DNA of 64,000 bases, from positions 672,001-736,000 of the forward strand of contig OY969763.1 in NCBI GenBank assembly GCA_963702845.1. Reading direction: 5' to 3'. The position numbers and the translations under genes are program-made. Source of the DNA: an uncultured Verrucomicrobiae bacterium (GTDB lineage: Bacteria; Verrucomicrobiota; Verrucomicrobiia; Limisphaerales; Palsa-1400). The notes below the pieces were generated by a model. It ran no database searches. It was not told the DNA's origin and saw nothing but the letters and a program-made list of their open reading frames with translations. Below are positions 1 to 10,900 of the stretch, piece by piece; the first letter of the stretch is position 1, and each line of letters begins with the position of its first letter.

Positions 1-498
1 CAGAAGCATGCTCCAGAGGCCGATCAGTCGATCGACGAAGACGGTGGTGACGGCTTCGGTTTTTTTGTGATGCGTTTCGCGCGCGGCGTAATAGGCCTTG
101 ATGAGGTCGCCGCCGCTGGAGCCGAGCAGGAAGGAATTAAAAAACTGGGCGACGAAGGAAATGCCGGTGGCGCGAGCAAGCGAGAGATCGAGACCTTGAA
201 CTTTCAAGACCATGCGCCAGCGGATGACGTTGAGCATGACGACGACTCCGACGCACAACAGCGACGCGGCGAGTGCGGCAGGGTGAATGAGGCTGAGGGT
301 GTGCCAGAGTTCGCGTGGGCCGGCGGTCCAGGCCTGGTGCCATTGGGCGGCACGGCTGAGGCTTTGCCAGTTGAGGCCGGCTTGTTCGGCGGCGTATTTG
401 CCTTCGTTGAGGAAGATGGAATGGAAAATCCAGGCCAGGAGCAGGACGCAAATTGCCATGCGCCAGGTTGCGCGCCAGATGTCTTTTAGGCGGTTCAT
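1..498 (-). CDS. Lysylphosphatidylglycerol synthase TM-domain (flippase-like, UPF0104) membrane protein; 3' end runs off the window
   Basis: Not in the ORF track. Manual translation from ATG 498, which overlaps the upstream TGA (ATGA), gives ...SFVAQFFNSFLLGSSGGDLIKAYYAARETHHKKTEAVTTVFVDRLIGLWSMLL, with the family FN..GGD and DR motifs. Confidence 0.8.
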   Translation of the reverse strand, partial: MNRLKDIWRATWRMAICVLLLAWIFHSIFLNEGKYAAEQAGLNWQSLSRAAQWHQAWTAGPRELWHTLSLIHPAALAASLLCVGVVVMLNVIRWRMVLKVQGLDLSLARATGISFVAQFFNSFLLGSSGGDLIKAYYAARETHHKKTEAVTTVFVDRLIGLWSMLL

Positions 499-1409
499 TC
501 CGGGCCCCACACTTCCTTGATGTGGGCAATGCCTTTCTCTACGGCATCGCGCTGCACATGCGGGCTGAGTTCGAAAACTTTTATGTGTTCTGGCTTAACC
601 ACCGGTTTCAAAGCGGCAAAATCGATTGTGCCCGAGCCCGGTGCAGCATGGTCGCGTCCCGGATAATCGACATCGTGCACGTGAAAACCGAAAAGCCGCT
701 CAGCCATGCATTCTAGATGAATAACGTGATGAATAAAACCCAAATTCTCTTTGATTTGCGCGTGACCGGTGTCGTGCCAGTAGCCGACGTTTGGGCGGTT
801 CAGGCGGCGGAATAGTGCTGAAAATTCGGTATCAAATGGAATTTCTTCGAGCTTCTCGCGATTTTCAATGCCGAGCTTGAGGCCGCGCGCTTCGGCTTCT
901 TTGGCGAGGCGGTCGAGCATCTGGTAAGCGTTCTCGATGTAGCGATCTTTTTTCTGCTCGCGCTTCATGAGGAGTTCTTCGCAAAGGGCAGCGTAGCGGT
1001 CGGACTCGCGTTGGCCTTTTTCGATGAGTTCCATCAGCTTCTCCGTGTAATTACGCATGTCGATCCGGCCGGTGTGCAGGACGACGGCTTGGGCTTTGAG
1101 GCGCTGGGCGGTATCGAGAGTTTTGATGGTGTGGCGAAAGGCATTGTCGCGTTCGCGCGGGTCTTCGGAGGAGAAAAGATAAAGGTTAGGGGCCGCGCGT
1201 TCGACGCCCATGGGCAAGGGACAGAAATTGTGGAGCGTGGAGATTTTGATTTCACCTGCGTCAACCGCCTGAAGGATCCCAGGGAGCAGGCTCAGACGGA
1301 TTCCGTGACTCAACTCAGCGTAGTCAAAGCCAAGCGCGCGGATTTCGCGAAGCATCTCGCGTCCGTCGGTGTGGCGATGGGAGTTCCAGCAGGTGGAGAA
1401 GGAATACAC
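495..1409 (-). CDS. Sugar-phosphate isomerase/epimerase family TIM-barrel protein (AP endonuclease 2 / xylose isomerase-like)
   Basis: 304 aa with metal-ligand motifs GIENRE, WHDTGHA, FHVHD, HAAPGSG and VFE. Confidence 0.85.
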   Translation of the reverse strand: MYSFSTCWNSHRHTDGREMLREIRALGFDYAELSHGIRLSLLPGILQAVDAGEIKISTLHNFCPLPMGVERAAPNLYLFSSEDPRERDNAFRHTIKTLDTAQRLKAQAVVLHTGRIDMRNYTEKLMELIEKGQRESDRYAALCEELLMKREQKKDRYIENAYQMLDRLAKEAEARGLKLGIENREKLEEIPFDTEFSALFRRLNRPNVGYWHDTGHAQIKENLGFIHHVIHLECMAERLFGFHVHDVDYPGRDHAAPGSGTIDFAALKPVVKPEHIKVFELSPHVQRDAVEKGIAHIKEVWGPE

Positions 1410-1488
1410 GGTTCGTTAGGGGTCAGTTACTTCGCAGTAGAGCTTTTTTAGTATTCAGTGCGTCAGATGTTAGCAGTTGGCATTAAAC

Positions 1489-1526
1489 GAAAAGTGAAAA
1501 GCGGTTTTGCCACTTTTCACTTTCAC
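1489..1526 (-). terminator. Rho-independent terminator of rpsU
   Basis: The minus strand reads GTGAAAAGTGG-CAAAA-CCGCTTTTCAC followed by TTTTCGTTT, just after the rpsU stop. Confidence 0.7.
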
Positions 1527-1541
1527 GGTATTAGTCCTGAA

Positions 1542-1739
1542 TTACAAGTCAGCGTAGCGTGCGCTGAGCATGGCGGAGAAGCGGGCCGCTTTCATTTTGC
1601 GACGTTTGCGTTCGCTCGGCTTCTCGAAAGTGCGATGACTGCGCACTGTCTGGAGAATGCCTTCGCGGTCGACTTTCTTTTTTAGACGACGGAGCGCCCT
1701 GTCGACGGGTTCGCCTTTTTTAAGTCTAATCTCGGTCAA
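1542..1739 (-). CDS. rpsU: 30S ribosomal protein bS21
   Basis: 65 aa, EPVDRALRRLKKK...FEKPSERKRRK. TTG start with GAGAGG upstream. Confidence 0.97.
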   Translation of the reverse strand: MTEIRLKKGEPVDRALRRLKKKVDREGILQTVRSHRTFEKPSERKRRKMKAARFSAMLSARYADL

Positions 1740-1804
1740 AAAAATTCACTTCCTCTCTGGAGTTGAATGCCGAACCACCATGGCTTGGCATTTTGCGAAG
1801 GGGC

Positions 1805-1833
1805 AGGGTAAGTGCATGTAGCGCAGGTGTCAA
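1805..1833 (-). promoter_or_regulatory. sigma70-type promoter of rpsU
   Basis: TTGACA (1833-1828), 17-nt spacer, TACCCT (1810-1805). Confidence 0.65.
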
Positions 1834-1992
1834 CGGCCAAAGATGAAATGACGATTGTCTAAGGAAAAATTGTGGAAGAATGACTAATGTTGTGATTGGA
1901 ACAATTCTAGGTTCACGTGTTTGTGGATTCTTGCATTTCCACCTAAATCCCTTGCGTCAGTAGTTGGTAAGTCGCTATGTTACAGGCACCGA

Positions 1993-2247
1993 ATGCAGAT
2001 GCCGCAATCTCCAACAACGCTGACGCCTGAGCAATTAGAAGAGCTCAACAACAAGCTCTCGCACATGCGTCATGAGATCAACAATCAACTTTCGTTGGTC
2101 GTCGCGGCATTGGAACTAATTCGGTTCAAGCCGGATAGCCGCGATAAGATGCTGCATACCATTTCGGAGCAGCCGAACAAAATTATCGCAGAAATGCAGA
2201 AGTTTTCGACGGATTTCGAGCAGGCGCTTGGGATTAAACGCGATTAA
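1993..2247 (+). CDS. Small stand-alone HisKA/DHp-like helical protein
   Basis: About 84 aa from ATG 1993. H-box-like LSHMRHEINNQLSLVVAALEL, with no ATPase domain. Confidence 0.65.
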   Translation: MQMPQSPTTLTPEQLEELNNKLSHMRHEINNQLSLVVAALELIRFKPDSRDKMLHTISEQPNKIIAEMQKFSTDFEQALGIKRD

Positions 2248-2274
2248 TTGGCATATTCCGCGGGTAAATTGGGC

Positions 2275-2338
2275 GGACCGACACCGGAGCTTCACTCGTC
2301 TATAACCTTCCGTAACTTTGCGCATTAACCTGTCGTCT
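2275..2338 (+). promoter_or_regulatory. Two tandem ECF-sigma-type promoters
   Basis: GGACC-N17-CGTCT (2275-2301) and GTAAC-N17-CGTCT (2312-2338), upstream of the CDS at 2377. Confidence 0.45.
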
Positions 2339-2376
2339 GTTCTATTGACCGGTGCTGAAGCCGGATAAAGGAATAT

Positions 2377-2871
2377 ATGAAAAAGTTTAATCTATTGGCC
2401 GTGGCAGCCGGCCTGCTCATCTTGAGTTCCCCCGCTGCATTATTTGCTGATGACACGAGCGATAATAAACCCGCTGATAAACCGAATACTGAGCTGCGCG
2501 AAAAACTTCGCAACATGACGCCGGAAGAGCGCAAGCAATGGATGAAAGGTCATCCTGAAGTTGCCAAGCGAATCGAACAGAACCGTGGCAATTTTGAAAA
2601 GAATCGCGCTGTGCTGGAACGCGCTGGATTGAAGCCCGAAGAGATGAAGGATCTGCCGCCGGCTGAACGCCGCGCGAAGGTCAAAGAGGCCATCGATACT
2701 CGGGTCGCTGATCTGGAAAAGAAAAAGAGCGGCGGCACGGCTTTGACTGAACAGGAACAGTCAGACCTCGATACGCTTAATCAATTGAAAGGCATGGTTG
2801 ATCGCCAGGGGCAGCATAGTCCAGGTCGCCAGCCGAAGGCGCAAAAGCCGTCCGGCGACGATACGAAGTAA
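2377..2871 (+). CDS. Secreted charged helical protein, Spy/CpxP-like (LTxxQ-type motifs)
   Basis: Signal peptide MKKFNLLAVAAGLLILSSPAALFA; motifs MTPEER, LPPAER and LTEQEQ; AGGA Shine-Dalgarno. Confidence 0.6.
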   Translation: MKKFNLLAVAAGLLILSSPAALFADDTSDNKPADKPNTELREKLRNMTPEERKQWMKGHPEVAKRIEQNRGNFEKNRAVLERAGLKPEEMKDLPPAERRAKVKEAIDTRVADLEKKKSGGTALTEQEQSDLDTLNQLKGMVDRQGQHSPGRQPKAQKPSGDDTK

Positions 2872-2902
2872 ATTTCGGTTCTACCCTACTGCACTAACGG
2901 AG

Positions 2903-2933
2903 AAGGCCACCGCAGAAATGCGGTGGCTTTTTA
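2903..2933 (+). terminator. Rho-independent terminator between convergent genes
   Basis: AAGGCCACCGCA-GAAA-TGCGGTGGCTTT followed by TT. Confidence 0.8.
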
Positions 2934-2986
2934 GTTTTGTCCACGGTGGCGGGTGAACGCCGTGGTTCGCAACGGTTGGCGGATGA

Positions 2987-4132
2987 TTACAATCCGCGAT
3001 AGATCATCTCGAGGGTGATTACGGAATATGTGGTGACGAGCGCTGGATCTTTTTCCCACCAACGACCGGCATTGTTCTGCCACGAACCATCGGCTTTTTG
3101 GAGATCGATGAGTTTCGACGCCACGGATTTACGCCAATCAACGGTTTTGCCGTTGTTGAGCGTGAGTTCGTTTACGTTGCAAATGGTCAAACCTTTGGTC
3201 ATGAGGTGGAGGTAATAATAAAGGCCTTGCTGACCCATCGCAGGATTTTCGTCTACGGTCCAATTATTTTTTAGCCAATCCATCACGGCGACGACGCGCG
3301 GGTCGTCTTGCTTGAGGTCTGCGTAAATGTAACTGAGTAGGCCGGCGTAGCTGATCGAGCCGTAGGAACGCAAGGCGACGCGGCCGTTGGCGTTTGTTTC
3401 CGAGCCGGCTTTGCTCTCGGCAGGGGTGTAGATGAAACCTCCTTTATTTTTTTGATCGTCCGATGCCCACGGTTGTTTATTGTAGGCGGGCAGATTTTGG
3501 CAGCTTTCGATGAAGTGAATGGCAGCGGGCCAATTCAGGTCGCTGGCGGAGCTCGGTTTGTCGCGATCGAGATATTTGGTGTAGTAGAGCGCTTCCAAAG
3601 CAGTAAGCGTGTTGTTCATGTCGGAATGGTCGTGCTTGTCGCCGTAACCAACGCCGCCGTCGAATGGGGAATCGATTTTACCTTTGGCGTTGAGATCAAT
3701 TTGTTGGCCGTTCAACCACCCGCGGGCGCGGCGTAGGACGTTGTCGTATTGCGAGTCCTTCGCCGTGACCAGGGCCATCATGCAAATCGACGTGTTGTAA
3801 TTTTCCAACTCGCGCGCGTAGATGGCTCCATCTGGTTTAACGTTTGAGAGTATGAATTTGTAGCCGTTGCGGATGGCGGGCGTTTGGTTCCGTTGGAAAC
3901 GGCCAGTTGGTTCGCCCATGTAAGCTTCCAGCGCGAGAGCGGTGACGGCAGGGTGATCGGGCGTCGACCAGGAGCCGTTTGTTTTTTGATTTGCGGTTAG
4001 CCAATCGAGACCTTTGTCGATTGCGTGTTTGACTTCGTTGGCAAAGGAGATGTCGCGGTTTTGCGGAACGGCTGCGTTCGCCGCAACCGAGCAAAGGATG
4101 GCCAGCCCAATCAGAAATCGTTTCGCACTCAT
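2987..4132 (-). CDS. Secreted prenyltransferase/squalene-oxidase-repeat (alpha/alpha barrel) protein
   Basis: QW-like repeats (WLTANQKTNGSW, LIDLQKADGSW, NVKPDGAIY). Signal peptide from MSAKR at 4132. No DxDD motif. Confidence 0.8.
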   Translation of the reverse strand: MSAKRFLIGLAILCSVAANAAVPQNRDISFANEVKHAIDKGLDWLTANQKTNGSWSTPDHPAVTALALEAYMGEPTGRFQRNQTPAIRNGYKFILSNVKPDGAIYARELENYNTSICMMALVTAKDSQYDNVLRRARGWLNGQQIDLNAKGKIDSPFDGGVGYGDKHDHSDMNNTLTALEALYYTKYLDRDKPSSASDLNWPAAIHFIESCQNLPAYNKQPWASDDQKNKGGFIYTPAESKAGSETNANGRVALRSYGSISYAGLLSYIYADLKQDDPRVVAVMDWLKNNWTVDENPAMGQQGLYYYLHLMTKGLTICNVNELTLNNGKTVDWRKSVASKLIDLQKADGSWQNNAGRWWEKDPALVTTYSVITLEMIYRGL

Positions 4133-4246
4133 CGATTCAGTTTTCCACAAAGGGCGCTGGCTGCAAGGTTGGGATTATTTCGAGCGGACGGTGAATGATA
4201 AACGGCGATTGCGTGAGCCGCTTGGCGCGTCATATCGTGTCCAGCG

Positions 4247-5830
4247 ATGAAGGTTCCGAGTGTTACTTCGCGCCGGCAATTTCTTGCGCAAACGGCGGCT
4301 GCAGCCGCGGCGTCGTGTGTCCCGACAGCGCTGGGACAAAGTGTTACCACCGGCGAGCCAACGACGGTTCGCGTTTTGCTGCATGAAGCCGACGGCAAAC
4401 CGCTCGCGCCCGAACGCGCAAAGCGTTTGCATGCGCGCGATCTTGTTAACGATCCGTTGCCACAAAAAATTCATTCGGCGGAAGGTCGTGCTCGCATTGA
4501 TCTTGCGAAGGAGCCGATTCAGTTAAGCTGCCAGATCAGTGTTCCCGGGTTTGGTGAGGTTTATTGTTATGCAGATAATGATGGCAAGGGATACACGCAA
4601 CCGGGGAACGTTGAGTTTGTTGTCGAAGCGGCCAAAACGCGGCTGCGACGTGTTCGCGAATATTATCAGCAAGTAAAACACGGTATCGCGATTGATCCTG
4701 AAGTGGAAAAACGTCTCGATGGCGCGTCACGGCCGATTCCGAAACAGACCGGGCTCGTGCAGATCGCGGTTGCGAATGAGGCACTCGCACACGGCTTGCA
4801 TGCTGGTGAAAGGCTTTCGTTATTGGCTGCGCGTGCGCGGATTTCGCGAATGGCGGAACCGCGCCGGAATTTTTTATTTGGCGGACCGGGCTATGGTTGG
4901 CAACGCGGTGGGGAATACGAAAAACGTTTTCTCGAATTATTCAATTTCGCGGTGACGAGTTGGTATTCGTGGAAAACCCCCGAACCGGAATCGCAACCAA
5001 TCGATTACGCGCGTTATGACCAATCGCTCAACTGGTGTGAACAGCACAAGCTTGCGGCGAAGGGATTCGGCTATTGCTACATGACCCGAGGAGCGACGCC
5101 CGAATGGATTCGTTCGTGGCCTTACGCCAAAGTTTTGTCGGAATACAAAAACGTCGTCCGCCAAACCATGCAACGTTATGACGGACGCTTTCCGTATGTT
5201 GAAGTGATCAACGAGGCGCATGACAAAGCCAATTTGTTCCGGCTATCGCACCAGCAGATTTTGGAATTCACGCGGGAAGTTTTGCGCTCGGCGCGCGAAG
5301 GCTCGGCCAAAGTGAAACGGTTGATCAACAATTGTTGTCTCTGGGCAGAATACGCGGTCAAACAGAACGATGACGGATCACGACGTTGGTCGCCATATCG
5401 GTATCTTAAGGATTGTGTTTCGGCGGGTTGTGAATTCGAAACGATCGGGTTGCAACTGTATTATCCCCGCAACGACGTGTTTGAAATCGAGCGCATGCTC
5501 GAGCGGTTCAAATCGTTTAACAAGCCGCTGCATATCAGCGAAATTTCGTGCAACTCGGCGCCCGGCCTTGACGCGGCGAGTATGCGGCCGAAGGAACTCG
5601 TGCCGGGTTGGCATGGGCCGTGGACGGAAACGATGCAGGCCGATTGGCTCGAAGCGATTTACACGCTTTGCTACAGTAAACCGGAATTTGAGGCGATCGG
5701 ATACTGGGACTTGGCCGATTATGGTGGGCATTTTTGGCCCAACGGCGGATTGCTCCACAAGGATTTTACGCCGAAGGAAAGCTTTGGTCGGTTGCTGAAC
5801 TTGCAGAAGGCGTGGGGGCTCAAGGTGTAG
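4247..5830 (+). CDS. Tat-exported GH10-like glycoside hydrolase
   Basis: SRRQFL Tat motif; VEVINEA acid/base, IGLQ, LHISEI nucleophile, YWDLAD...GLL..DFTPKES. Confidence 0.8.
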   Translation: MKVPSVTSRRQFLAQTAAAAAASCVPTALGQSVTTGEPTTVRVLLHEADGKPLAPERAKRLHARDLVNDPLPQKIHSAEGRARIDLAKEPIQLSCQISVPGFGEVYCYADNDGKGYTQPGNVEFVVEAAKTRLRRVREYYQQVKHGIAIDPEVEKRLDGASRPIPKQTGLVQIAVANEALAHGLHAGERLSLLAARARISRMAEPRRNFLFGGPGYGWQRGGEYEKRFLELFNFAVTSWYSWKTPEPESQPIDYARYDQSLNWCEQHKLAAKGFGYCYMTRGATPEWIRSWPYAKVLSEYKNVVRQTMQRYDGRFPYVEVINEAHDKANLFRLSHQQILEFTREVLRSAREGSAKVKRLINNCCLWAEYAVKQNDDGSRRWSPYRYLKDCVSAGCEFETIGLQLYYPRNDVFEIERMLERFKSFNKPLHISEISCNSAPGLDAASMRPKELVPGWHGPWTETMQADWLEAIYTLCYSKPEFEAIGYWDLADYGGHFWPNGGLLHKDFTPKESFGRLLNLQKAWGLKV

Positions 5831-5880
5831 TTATGCGTAAATAATCCGAAGAAATCGGCAGTCAAAACAATCTAACGAAC

Positions 5881-7900
5881 ATGCTACGTCGATTCGTGCG
5901 AACATTTATTGCTCTTTTGATTCTGAGCGCCCTCACGATTCAGTCGCAGGCCGCGTTGAAGTTTTACGTCGCGACGAATGGAAATGACGGATGGTCGGGG
6001 CACTACGATGCGCCGCGCAAGAATCAGAAAGATGGGCCCTTGGCGAGTTTGCCGGAAGCGATTCGCCGCGCACGATCGGAGCGGAAAGCGGGAAGCGTGG
6101 AGATAATTTTGCGCAATGGGGTTCACGTTCTGGCTGAGCCGCTGGTTTTGACGGCACAAGATTCGCACCTCAGTATTTCCGCGTATCGTAACGAGAATGC
6201 TATCGTTAGTGGGCAAACGTTGATCGGTGGTTGGGAACATTTGGGAGGCAGCACGAATTTGTGGCATGCGCGTGTGACTGACGAAAAGTTGAAGCAATGG
6301 AATTTCCGCGAGTTGTTCGTGAATAACCATCGCAAGCAACGCGCACGAACACCAAATGAAGGATTTTTCCACCTGGTCGGTGCTAGTGCGGGAGCAGAGT
6401 AATCAAGTTAAGTATGCGGGCAGTGATGTTAAAGCCGAATGGGCGAAGTCGGGTGAGGTCGAGTTGGTGACGCCCCAGTTGTGGGCGGGGAGTCGGAACC
6501 GGATTGTTGCGGTCGATACGAATTCGCACGTGATCACGCTCGGCGGACAGGCCATCACCGAAAACAAGGAAGACAACGCGCGTTACTTCATCGAGAACTC
6601 GCGTGATGCGTTGGATAAAGCAGGTGAATGGTTTTTTGATCCGAAATCGGGCGAGGTTTTGTACTGGCCTGAAGCTGGCGAGGATATGGCCAAAGCGCGC
6701 GTGACTGTGCCGCATTTATCTGAGCTGGTGTTGCTCAAGGGCACGTCCAACGCGCCGGTTAGTGATGTCACGCTCCGTGGGTTGACGTTTGCTGATGCGG
6801 ACTGGCGGCTTGCGCAGAACGGTTACTGTGACGTGCAAGCGGCGGTTTACATCCGCGGCGCGGTCCATGGTGAGTTCGCCAACGACTGTGCGATTGAAAA
6901 GTGCGAGTTTGTGCGACTTGGAACTTACGCGGTTGATTTCGGGAGTGGATGTCAACGTAATCGCGTTGTTGGTAACATAATTCACGATATGGGTGCCGGT
7001 GGCGTGCGGCTTGGTGATACGGACCGAAAAGCTGCGTTTGCAAATCCTTCGGGTCAGTGCGAGATCACCGACAATGAGATTCATAACATCGGCATCATCT
7101 ATCCACCAGCGGTTGCAATGATGTTGTTTCACACCGCAGGTAATCACGTCGCGCACAACGAAATTCATCATACATTCTACACGGCGATTTCCGTGGGTTG
7201 GTCCTGGGGATATAAGCCAACGCCGTGCGGGACGAACCTTATTGAGTTCAATCACGTGCACGATATCGGGCAGAAAATGCTCAGCGATATGGGCGGGATT
7301 TACACACTTGGTTTGGAGCCTGGAACGGTGTTGCGTAATAATCTTATTCACGATGTGAACGCGCTGGCTTACGGGGGATGGGGGCTTTACACGGACGAAG
7401 GCAGTAGCGGAATTGTTTTGGAGAACAATGTCGTTTACCGCTGTGGTTCGGCAAATTTTCATCAGCATTACGGCAAGGAAAATGTTCTGCGGAATAATAT
7501 TTTTGCGTTCGGTCGCGATGCGCAATTGGCCCGGACGCGACCGGAGGAGCACATCTCGTTTTTCTTTACCAACAACATCGTTTACTACGACTCTGGTTCG
7601 CTCTTGACTGGAAATTGGTCAGGAACCAACTACGTCATCGATCACAACGTTTACTTCGATTCACGGCCGGATGGTGCGACGCGGCCGATTGAGGGTGCGA
7701 TGACCTGGCGCGGATGGAATAAAAAGGGGCGCGATGTTCACTCGATTTTTGCTGATCCGTTGTTCGTCGCGCCGGATAAAAACGATTTCACATTGAAGAG
7801 AAATTCTCCGGCTCGGAAGTCGGGTTTTAAGCCAATCGACATCCGCAGCGTTGGTGTTCGTAAACAGTTCGCAAGGACAACCAAAGATGAAACTGATTAA
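5881..7900 (+). CDS. Secreted right-handed beta-helix protein (GH141-like); one frameshift near 6390
   Basis: N-terminal FYVATNGNDGWSG..DGPLASL (ORF 5881-6402) joins ORF 6356-7900, which has beta-helix repeats, DMGGIYTLG and GWGLYTDEGSS. Confidence 0.8.
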
Positions 7901-10900
7901 CATTTTTTGCGCGGTTGCGGTTTTCACTCGATTGAGTTCGATGGCGCAGGAAGTGCATGACCAAGCGGTCGTGCTCAACGCCGCGTCACCGATCGCGAAT
8001 TCATTGGCGGATGATATTCGAATCGCCGGTTACGACGTGCGCACCGCGGACGCTCCCGCATTGAGCGACGCCACATTAAAAGGTGTTTCGCTGCTCGTCG
8101 TGCCGGATGGGCGTTCTTTGCCGGATAGTGCGGCCAAACCAATCGAAAAATTTCTCAACGCGGGCGGCCATCTAATCGCTGCAGGATTGCCGGGTTGGCA
8201 AAACTCCACCACGAGTCCGACGAACCTGCCGTACATCGAAGGATTTTCGCCGAATTACATTTTCTATCCTGTAAGTGGTGATGTGTTGGTGTCGACGCCT
8301 GCGGAAATTGCTTTGGTGACGTCGATCGCGAAACCAATTCCGCTGGTGAATGGTGGCAGTCTTTCGGCGATGCATCCGCGGCCGCGTAGCGTTGGTTATA
8401 ACCAGAAGCGCGCATGGCGATGGCAGCCGATATTGGAAGCGCGTTCGAAGGACGGTGATTATCGCGGGGCGATAGCTGCGCTGGTCATTCACTTCGACGG
8501 CAAAATGCGAGGGGCGATGGTCGCGGGTTTCACGCCGACTGACGCGCGGTTTTATCAACAGCCGGAAGTGCGACGTGTCATTCGCGAATTGGCCGTTGAT
8601 ATGCAACGCGGCGTTTTTATGCGTGAGGGCGGGAGCGAGTTTTTCACCGTGTTTCAAGACCAGACGTTCAATTGCGGCGTGCGTGCGGCCAATTTAGGCA
8701 AACTAGTGCAGCCGAGCCTGACTGCGAGGATTCAGATTTTGATCGGCAAGAAAACGGTCCATTCCTTTTCGTATGATTGGGCATTGGGCGGCGGTGAGGA
8801 AAAGAATTTCGAGCAGCCGTGCAAGTCTGAGATTTGGCCTAAACACGGTATGCAGGTCGTCGCTGAATTGCTGAGTGATGGAAAGGTTATCGATCGGTTC
8901 ACGCATGATCTTCATTCATGGACGCCGAAAGAGACGAAGAATTTTATCACGATTACGAACGGACACTTCGAACTGAAAGGCAAACGTTGGAAGGTTAATG
9001 GCGTCAATTACATGCCGTCTTCCGGTATCGCCATGGCAGAAGTGTATTACTTCGAATATTGGCTGGATCGCGGCTCTTACGATCCGGAAGTTATTGAACG
9101 CGATTTGACGCGCATTGAGAAGATGGGGATGAATGCGGTCAGCATTTTTATTTATCACGAATCGATGAAAGCGCAGCACTTGCTGGATTTTCTGCGCCGT
9201 TGCGATGCGCATAAGCTGCATGTGAACCAATCACTGCGTCCGGGCACGCCGCTCAGTTTTAATTGGACGAAGATGAAGGAGTTGATCGAGTTCTATCACA
9301 TGCCCGAGAACGATACGATTTTCGCCTATGATCTGGCGTGGGAACCGAATTTTGGCAATCAGGCTGAACAACAAGACAACTTCGGCGAAGAATGGACGCA
9401 ATGGGTTCACAAAAAATATGGATCCTTCGACGAAGCGGAGCAGTCTTGGGGCTTGCCGCCGGTGTTTGTGGAAAACAAGACGAATGTGCTTAGTGTCCCG
9501 ACCATGCATCAACTGACGCAGAATGGAAACTGGCGGTGGCTTGGCCAGTGATTACCGTCATTTCCTCGACGAGAAACTCGGCGCTGACTTACGGCGAAGC
9601 GCGGCGTCTGGTCAAAACTGTCGATACCAATCACGCCGTCAGCTTTCGAATGACCGAGACCGGCAACCCAACATTTAATTGGGATCAGGTCCTCGCCTAC
9701 GATTTTTACGGCTTGCGCGATGTTGTTGATATCTGGGAACCCGAAGCCTACGGGCGAATTGGTGATTTGGAAAAAGTAAAACCGGGCCGTTTCGAGCGCG
9801 ACTACGCACGTCTGTGCGATCCGGCCGAAGCCGTTCGTGTGGGCGGAAATGGGCGAGACAGTTTGGGATCGTGTCAACATGCGCGAGAACGCGGATCGCG
9901 TTGCTTTCGAAGGTCCGTGGTGCCGCAATTTTTACAAAATGATGGAGCAGTCCGGCGACTGATGGCGTGTTTTTCTGGTGGTATCCCGGCGGATTCCGGC
10001 TTAACGAAAAGAGTGATTTCGGAATCATCAACCCGACGGCACGGACCGCCCATTCTCGCGCGCGATTCGCGAAGAAGGACTGAGGTTTCTAAAAGCCGGC
10101 GATCCGCCGAAACCAAATTACCCATCGCGATCGATCGCGACGTGACGCGCGTGGGATTTTCGGCGTTTACCAAGACGTCAAAAGACGAATATTGGCGCGC
10201 CATCGACGAAGGCAAGACACCGAAGTTGGATTGGCAACATAGACCAGGGGAAGGACTGGCGATATCGAATCAGTTGGTGAGGATTACATTTCCGCGTTCG
10301 GCTGCACTGGGCATCTCGAAAGGGCGCGAATTTTTCGCGCGCCAGAGCAATGACTGGATCAATGTCGCAAGTTGGTCGCCACTATTTCGCATCGGTTTGC
10401 CGAACGGTGATTCGGTGACGAACTGGACATTCGGCGCGGAGCCGGCAACGAACCATTGCCAACGTCGCACTCGGCTGAATCGCCGCCGACGCAACTGACA
10501 AGAACGGCGTGCGTTGGAAAGTGTCGTTGACGCGTTAGCTTGGCAGGCCACAAGCAGCCGTTTGCGCGCGTGCATTATTCGTGGACTCCTGATGTGGCGA
10601 CGGAAGTGAAGTCGATTCTGGGGCCGAACATTTACGTCGGCGAAGCAACCGTCGGCGATGCGAAATCGTGGGGACTGTTTCCAGGGTTGGAATATTTATA
10701 TGGCGCGGAGCGCTCGTCGAATCCGCGCGATTTTTCTGAAAAGCTGGCGGATCGGCGCACTCCCAATCCGAACAAAAGTTTCGATACCACTGATGGCTGT
10801 GACTATCGGGCCTGACAGTCAAACGCCGCCGACGAATGCTTCCAAGTTTTTTGCCCCGGATTCGATGAAGGACCAGGCGTTACTCGGCAAAGACAGTTGG

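Noticed and set aside
1860..1950. TGTGGA-containing motifs in an AT-richer gap as DnaA boxes / oriC
   Set aside because: Each has at least two mismatches to TGTGGATAA, there are few copies, and there is no dnaA/dnaN context.
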